A stretch of 20,000 nt of DNA, taken from IMG/VR virus record IMGVR_UViG_3300005083_000010; one strand, given 5' to 3'. The DNA comes from an uncultured virus (IMG/VR IMGVR_UViG_3300005083_000010). Lineage: Duplodnaviria; Heunggongvirae; Uroviricota; Caudoviricetes. Shown here piece after piece: positions 15,419 through 20,000 of this stretch; the first letter of the stretch is position 1, and every line of letters begins with the position of its first letter. The notes beneath the pieces were generated by a model that made no database searches, was not told the DNA's origin, and saw only the letters and a program-made list of their open reading frames with translations. Position numbers and translations under genes: made by a program.

Positions 15419-15670
15419 TTCTCAACCCCTCCAATTCCCTAATATACTCGCCGCCATATTCCCTCTTTGTTAGTTCTATAAATTCCTCCGGCGTAAACTC
15501 TGCCGTCTCAATATCTATTCCGTTGTTCTTGCAGAACACTTCACGCCCTTGCTTGCATGAGCCTGTCAGTATGCCGTGCCATCGGCAATACTGCCGTCTA
15601 TCAACTTGCCAAAATACACACCCGCTCCTGTGCTTCTCACTATCACATACTGACCGATATAAGGCTTCAT
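15411..15670 (-). pseudogene. Out-of-frame chimera of two phage gene fragments
   Basis: A 34-aa ORF (15670-15566, MKPYIGQYVIVRSTGAGVYFGKL...) overlaps a start-less 56-aa frame (15581-15411, WHGILTGSCKQGREVFCKNNGID...EEFIELTKREYGG...). Confidence 0.55.
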
Positions 15671-16863
15671 TTCGACATCTCCCCCATTCTCTTAAATATC
15701 CACTCCACGCACGGTATTGCTATCGCGTTGCCCGTTGCCCTGTACTTCGCCGTGTCGCTTGCGCCCGGCACGTCGAGCCACCCATCGGGGAATCCCTGTA
15801 GTCGCTCACACTCAAGCGGTGTCAGACGCCTCACATGTTGCGCTGCTGTATAGACTGCACTCGGACCCCGCGCCACAACCGTTGCCGCCAATTCCTCATC
15901 AATGTTGAAGTCATACTTTGCGTTCACGCCTTGGTTGAATGCCGCACGGTCAAGGCATAATGTCGTGTAGTCGCTTACCCGATTGGTGTGGTCGCCAGTT
16001 AGAGTGCTTGCAGTCTTTCCGTCACCGTTACCTCGGGCGTCGTAGACAGCCATCGTCTGTTCTGTCTTAAGTGTCGCGGAAACCTCCACTTCATACCCAA
16101 TCCCCTGTGCCGTTGCACCTGCTTTATAGGCGAACCCCGCCACAGGTGGCGTCATGCAGTCAGACCCGCTTGCTCCTTCAACGCCGTTTCCAGTTCCGGC
16201 GGCAGCTTCTTCCCCCGGCGTTCCGCCCGGTTCAAAACGCCCTGCGCCGCTCGCGGGCTTAAGAAGTATTTCGGGTGCGGATTGTCCTCCAAAATCTGCG
16301 ACAATAAAGATTCTACGGCGTCGCTGCGGTACTCCAAAGTATCGGGCGTCCAAGACACGCCATGCAATTGAGAAACAGTCGCCCACAACACATCCGGCGT
16401 GTGTCCATTTGCTGTTGTTACGTTTAGGTATGACAACAGTTTCATCTGCGACACGGCAGATTTCTTCGATGATTGTTCGGAAGTCCTCTCCACCGTTGAC
16501 GCTGAATAATCCCATGACATTTTCAAATATTCCATATCGCGGTTTTCCATTATGTACCCTCATCTCTTTTATAATCCGTAGCGCTTCGTGTATCAGGCTT
16601 GTCCGTTCTCCTGATAAGCCTTGCCGCGTTCCTGCCACGGAGGCGTCTTGACACGGGAAACCTCCGCTTACAATGTCAACCGGCTCTATTTCTGCGCCGT
16701 TAATGTTGCGTATATCGCCAAGCTGTTTGGCATTTGGAAACCGCTCTGCAAGCAGTCCCACGCAAAACTTTTCGATTTCACTCTGCCAAACAGTATCAAT
16801 CCCGGCGCGCCGGGCGGCAAGTTCAAAGCCGCCCACGCCCGAAAACAAACTTCCTAAAGTCAT
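15667..16863 (-). CDS. DNA (cytosine-5)-methyltransferase
   Basis: Motif I FSGVGG, IV GFPCQ, VI ENV, VIII QRRRRIF, IX RRLTPLECERLQGFP, X GNAI. Confidence 0.96.
   Translation of the reverse strand: MTLGSLFSGVGGFELAARRAGIDTVWQSEIEKFCVGLLAERFPNAKQLGDIRNINGAEIEPVDIVSGGFPCQDASVAGTRQGLSGERTSLIHEALRIIKEMRVHNGKPRYGIFENVMGLFSVNGGEDFRTIIEEICRVADETVVIPKRNNSKWTHAGCVVGDCFSIAWRVLDARYFGVPQRRRRIFIVADFGGQSAPEILLKPASGAGRFEPGGTPGEEAAAGTGNGVEGASGSDCMTPPVAGFAYKAGATAQGIGYEVEVSATLKTEQTMAVYDARGNGDGKTASTLTGDHTNRVSDYTTLCLDRAAFNQGVNAKYDFNIDEELAATVVARGPSAVYTAAQHVRRLTPLECERLQGFPDGWLDVPGASDTAKYRATGNAIAIPCVEWIFKRMGEMSK
16152..16550 (-). CDS. Nested alternative-frame polypeptide, M.EcoHK31I beta-subunit-like (132 aa)
   Basis: +1 frame inside the MTase, with its own GAGG RBS 7 nt before ATG 16550. 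Contains LSQILE..PHPKYFLSPRAAQGVLNRAERRGKKLP. Confidence 0.6.
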   Translation of the reverse strand: MENRDMEYLKMSWDYSASTVERTSEQSSKKSAVSQMKLLSYLNVTTANGHTPDVLWATVSQLHGVSWTPDTLEYRSDAVESLLSQILEDNPHPKYFLSPRAAQGVLNRAERRGKKLPPELETALKEQAGLTA

Positions 16864-16872
16864 ATTGCCTCC

Positions 16873-17481
16873 TTAGAACGGCAGCTCTATATCGTCGCCG
16901 TTTATGCTAAATAGCGGAGATTCGTCCGCGTCGCCTACAAAGCCATCGTCGAACGCCGTCTTCGGATCGCCCGCGCCCGCAAGCGGTATACCGTCCTTTA
17001 CCTTCTGCAAGTGATTGAGTGCGCAAGCAATACCGGCATTGCCGCTTTTGTTGTAGGCGTAAAAGGTAACATTCGCCCTGCCATATATTCCGCTGTACCA
17101 CTCTGCCGGATCCTTGAGCGGTTCGCGGTACCTGTCCACAAGCCCCGGTTGCTGTTTGCTTGACGCGTTTACCACGTAGCAACCCCTGCACTCTACGCCG
17201 TACTCTTTCCCCTTCGGCGTCAGCCCGTCGCCGTCGTGGAGCGGATTCAGCGGCGCTTTAATACCCGATAACAGGTTTCGCCCTTCCCTATCGTTCATAA
17301 TCGCGTTGTTTATGCACTCTTTAATCTTGTTAATCGTCACCGTATCTTCCTTCGGTATGAGCAGGACTGCGCTGTATTTCGGCTCGCCCCCGTCCTGCGC
17401 CCTCGGCTCGATCGCCGAAAGATATGAAAACCTCACTACCCCCGTGTTCATCTTTGTTACTCTCAATTCCCTTGTTGCCAT
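16873..17481 (-). CDS. DUF2815 / T7 gp2.5-like single-stranded DNA-binding protein
   Basis: VRFSY, KYSAVLLIPK, PLHDGD, YSGIYGRA, LNHLQKVKDG..L.G and an acidic tail ending in LPF. Confidence 0.92.
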   Translation of the reverse strand: MATRELRVTKMNTGVVRFSYLSAIEPRAQDGGEPKYSAVLLIPKEDTVTINKIKECINNAIMNDREGRNLLSGIKAPLNPLHDGDGLTPKGKEYGVECRGCYVVNASSKQQPGLVDRYREPLKDPAEWYSGIYGRANVTFYAYNKSGNAGIACALNHLQKVKDGIPLAGAGDPKTAFDDGFVGDADESPLFSINGDDIELPF

Positions 17482-17500
17482 TGTTTTCTCTCCTTTTCAC

Positions 17501-18673
17501 TTAATCTTCAAAATCTTCACTATCAGCTATAAACGCCACCGCAGCGGCAGCCGCCGCGTCAAGGCTCATTGCCCGGCGCTTGTCGTTCTCACGCACAAGC
17601 GTAGGCTTGCCCGGCGGCTTAATCAGCATAGGTTCCACCACAGTTGTAAACACCTTATTGCCCACAGTCTTCTTAAGCTCTGTCAGCCCCAACAATTGCG
17701 GAGCTTTCAGGCACAAATCCCGTGGAATGTTTGCCTCCACCAGAGCGTCAAGTACCGCTTTTTCGTCCTTGTACGACCTATTGCTCCTACCCTCGACAAG
17801 TTTCCAACCTTTCCATTGCTTGCCCGCACACGCCGCCGAAAGAGCGTACTTCTGCAAATCCTGTAAAAATTTGATTGCCGGTTCTGCGGCGTTCAGCAGC
17901 CGGACTATCTCATCATCGGTGAGTAGTCCGCTTTGCGGGTCTAAGCCCTCCGCGATCGCCGTGTCGTTGAACACCGCCACCGCTTCGCTTTCCGCACGTT
18001 CGCGGCACACGGGCTTAACCTTACAAAATCGGCACCAACCACCCGCGCTGCGCCGTTCTGTTCCTTCCCAAGCCTCCCAAGCCACTTTACGGATAGAATC
18101 GCCCCACTTGCGCAGTTCCTCCACGCTGTATGTCGTGGACGTGGGCGCTCCGACACGCGGCTGAAATATGTGTACCGCGATCGCGTCCACGTCATAAAAC
18201 ATATCCGCTATGCTAAGAGCGCCAAGCGCGTAAAGCTTCAACTGCGGATTGTTTTCAGCCATGACGGGGACACCGCGTCCGTACTTGAAATCAATCACCG
18301 TCAAAAGCCCTTCGCCTATCCGTATCGCGTCGCCCGTGCCAAACCCTTCCGGCACCCACTCGCCATAGTCAAGGCGCTGTTCGACAAGCGTAACGTCGCC
18401 CGGTTGCGCAAGCACATACTTCACATAAGCGTTCACGTGGTCTTCCATTTCGGTGTCAACCCCGCCGACGGACAATATCCAATCGTTTAAATCGTCGTCG
18501 CTTATGTCGCCTATGGCGTTTCGCAGATACTTCTCTGCGGCGGTATGTGCCTGAGTACCTTCCTCGGCATACACCGATGTAGTGTCAGGCAAATTCTCGT
18601 TAAGCCGTGCGGACGCGGGGCAGTTAAGCCACCGTGCCGCGCTGCTTGCGCTAAGTAAAGCGTGTTCGCCCAT
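17501..18673 (-). CDS. DUF2800 Cas4-like PD-(D/E)xK exonuclease
   Basis: HALLSASSAARWLNCP, EGTQAH, GFGTGD, IDFKYGRG, NPQLKLYALG, WCRFC.....C. Confidence 0.92.
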   Translation of the reverse strand: MGEHALLSASSAARWLNCPASARLNENLPDTTSVYAEEGTQAHTAAEKYLRNAIGDISDDDLNDWILSVGGVDTEMEDHVNAYVKYVLAQPGDVTLVEQRLDYGEWVPEGFGTGDAIRIGEGLLTVIDFKYGRGVPVMAENNPQLKLYALGALSIADMFYDVDAIAVHIFQPRVGAPTSTTYSVEELRKWGDSIRKVAWEAWEGTERRSAGGWCRFCKVKPVCRERAESEAVAVFNDTAIAEGLDPQSGLLTDDEIVRLLNAAEPAIKFLQDLQKYALSAACAGKQWKGWKLVEGRSNRSYKDEKAVLDALVEANIPRDLCLKAPQLLGLTELKKTVGNKVFTTVVEPMLIKPPGKPTLVRENDKRRAMSLDAAAAAAVAFIADSEDFED

Positions 18674-18674
18674 A

Positions 18675-19115
18675 CTACGCCTCCGTTCTTGCGGCGGTCA
18701 GATCCGCCAATGCGGCTTGTTTCTTGTCGGCGGGAATATCTGCTATCTTGCGCACACCGTACTTGTTGAAAATCGCGGCGAGTTGCGCGTTCTTGCCCGA
18801 CGCCACAAGCACCCGCGCGGCGTCAAGCAGCTCTTTGTGTAACGCTTCTGCGGAATCTTCCTTCGCGGGTTCCTCCTTTACGGGTTCCTCCTTCGCGGGT
18901 TCCTCCTTCACGGGTTCCTCCTTCACGGGTTCTTGCTTCGCAGGTTCCTCCTTTACGGGTTCTTCCTTTACGGGTTCCACCTTCGCGGGTTCTTCCTTCT
19001 CAACGTCCTTCTTTGAAGCCTTAACAGGCTTTTCGGGTTCAGCTTTCGGCGCAATCAGCGCCAACTTCTCTTGAATCTCTGCCCAGTTTTCGCCTGTAAT
19101 CTTAATCTCAATCAT
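18675..19115 (-). CDS. Hypothetical phage protein with KEEP(A/V) repeat linker
   Basis: AAGGA RBS, usual position upstream of DUF2800, C-terminal helical domain (KYGVRKIADIP). Confidence 0.85.
   Translation of the reverse strand: MIEIKITGENWAEIQEKLALIAPKAEPEKPVKASKKDVEKEEPAKVEPVKEEPVKEEPAKQEPVKEEPVKEEPAKEEPVKEEPAKEDSAEALHKELLDAARVLVASGKNAQLAAIFNKYGVRKIADIPADKKQAALADLTAARTEA
18864..18998 (-). repeat. 15-bp coding tandem repeat, 9 units
   Basis: Encodes KEEPA KVEPV KEEPV KEEPA KQEPV KEEPV KEEPA KEEPV KEEPA. Confidence 0.92.
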
Positions 19116-19342
19116 CTATGTAGTTCCTTTCCTTGATATTGCGTTCACCGAACGGCGGCATATCTCATATAAACTCTTAATTTTTTTTGGTTTACCACCG
19201 CCGCCCGTTGAACGTACTGCGTTGATCTCCGTATCGTGTGCGACAATATATTGCTTTCTTGCTTTCTTTTAGATTTTTATTTTTTGCACACAACCGGAGC
19301 GTTTAAATTGTTTGCCGTCTATCGTCCGACGGCGGGACAGCT

Positions 19343-20000
19343 TCACCCAACATCACCGCCCTTTCTGCTCTCTCGAAATCCGTATATGCTTGCTCCCATG
19401 CCGATAACGGCAACGGCAAGTATAATAAGCAATGCGAACACCCCGCCATCACCTGTCTTTGGCACGTCAGGCACGTCCGTAGGCACCGGCTCATCAGGCA
19501 CGTCCGTAGGCACCGGCNNNNNNNNNNNNNNNNNNNNNNNNNNNNNNNNNNNNNNNNNNNNNNNNNNNNNNNNNNNNNNNNNNNNNNNNNNNNNNNNNNN
19601 NNNNNNNNNNNNNNNNNNNNNNNNNNNNNNNNNNNNNNNNNNNNNNNNNNNNNNNNNNNNNNNAGGCACGTCCGTAGGCACCGGCTCATCAGGTACAATA
19701 ACCTTCACCGGCACTTCCGGCGTGGGTTCAGGCTCTACAGGTGTTTGCACCTTCAGCGGGGGATAATAATATGAGTATGTAGGTGGATTTACAGGCACCG
19801 TGGGTTCCTCCGTGGGTTCGTCCGTGGGTTCGTCCGTAGGTTCGTCCGTGGGTTCGTCCGTGGGTTCTTCCGTAGGCTCGTCCGTAGGCTCGTCCGTAGG
19901 CTCGTCCGTAGGCTCGTCCGTGGGTTCCTCCGTGGGTTCGTCCGTAGGCTCGTCCGTAGGCTCGTCCGTGGGTTCCTCCGTAGGCTCGTCCGTAGGCTCG
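19343..20000 (-). CDS. C-terminus of a Pro/Thr/acidic-repeat surface protein with an LPxTG-like sorting signal (5' end outside window)
   Basis: The frame stays open to the window edge through PT(D/E)E repeats. It ends VPKTG, then a hydrophobic segment (VFALLIILAVAVIGMGASIYGF), then RESRK. It spans an N gap. Confidence 0.75.
   Translation of the reverse strand, partial: EPTDEPTEEPTDEPTDEPTDEPTEEPTDEPTDEPTDEPTDEPTEEPTDEPTDEPTDEPTDEPTEEPTVPVNPPTYSYYYPPLKVQTPVEPEPTPEVPVKVIVPDEPVPTDVPXXXXXXXXXXXXXXXXXXXXXXXXXXXXXXXXXXXXXXXXXXXXXXXXXPVPTDVPDEPVPTDVPDVPKTGDGGVFALLIILAVAVIGMGASIYGFRESRKGGDVG
19469..19690 (-). repeat. 27-bp tandem repeat (DEPVPTDVP) spanning an assembly gap
   Basis: Unit AGGCACGTCCGTAGGCACCGGCTCATC at 19469-19495, partial at 19496-19517, and again at 19664-19690. 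Confidence 0.85.
19518..19663. other. Sequence gap (146 N)
   Basis: Run of N. Confidence 1.
19799..20000 (-). repeat. 12-bp coding tandem repeat (PTDE/PTEE), about 17 units, continuing off the window
   Basis: CGT(G/A)GG(T/C)TC(G/C)TC units on the + strand. Confidence 0.95.

Noticed and set aside
17501..18673. Cas4-like nuclease as evidence of a CRISPR-Cas system
   Set aside because: DUF2800 next to DUF2815 and PolA is a standard phage replication module. No array or other cas genes are present.
3447..19074. Many long + strand ORFs antisense to the replication genes
   Set aside because: These are shadow frames of well-supported - strand genes with no recognisable motifs.
19269..19346. 25-aa basic ORF (GTG start, KLSRRRTIDGKQFKRSG...) coupled to the surface protein stop
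   Set aside because: Too short and the RBS is weak, so it cannot be supported from sequence alone.
19491..19497. CTGATGA on the - strand as another hammerhead core
   Set aside because: It is part of the Pro-Asp-Glu coding repeat, with no GAAA or stems in a suitable arrangement.

Overview
This is a segment of a temperate tailed-phage (or prophage) genome, probably from a Firmicutes host judging by its GGAGG RBSs, sigma-A-type promoters and gene families. The left 3 kb holds a divergent control region: a partial XRE/Cro-CI repressor on the - strand, back-to-back promoters and a palindromic operator candidate. It drives a + strand operon of small ORFs, followed by a small serine recombinase. 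The main finding is two near-identical type II hammerhead ribozymes (U4C core variant, pseudoknot-capable) inside this operon. They bracket a 73-aa ORF, and four ORFs share a repeated RBS/start cassette. From 3.1 to 19.1 kb the - strand carries a phage replication and DNA-metabolism operon: DUF2800 nuclease, DUF2815 SSB, C5 methyltransferase with a nested alternative-frame ORF, antirepressor, PAPS-reductase-like protein, DUF3310, Rha, family A DNA polymerase, radical SAM, primase/VapE helicase, VRR-NUC and SNF2 helicase. The right end encodes the C-terminus of a Pro/Thr/acidic-repeat surface protein with a sorting signal, interrupted by a 146-N gap. By manual reading, GGCC appears absent from the whole window. 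All family assignments come from motif recognition, not database searches.
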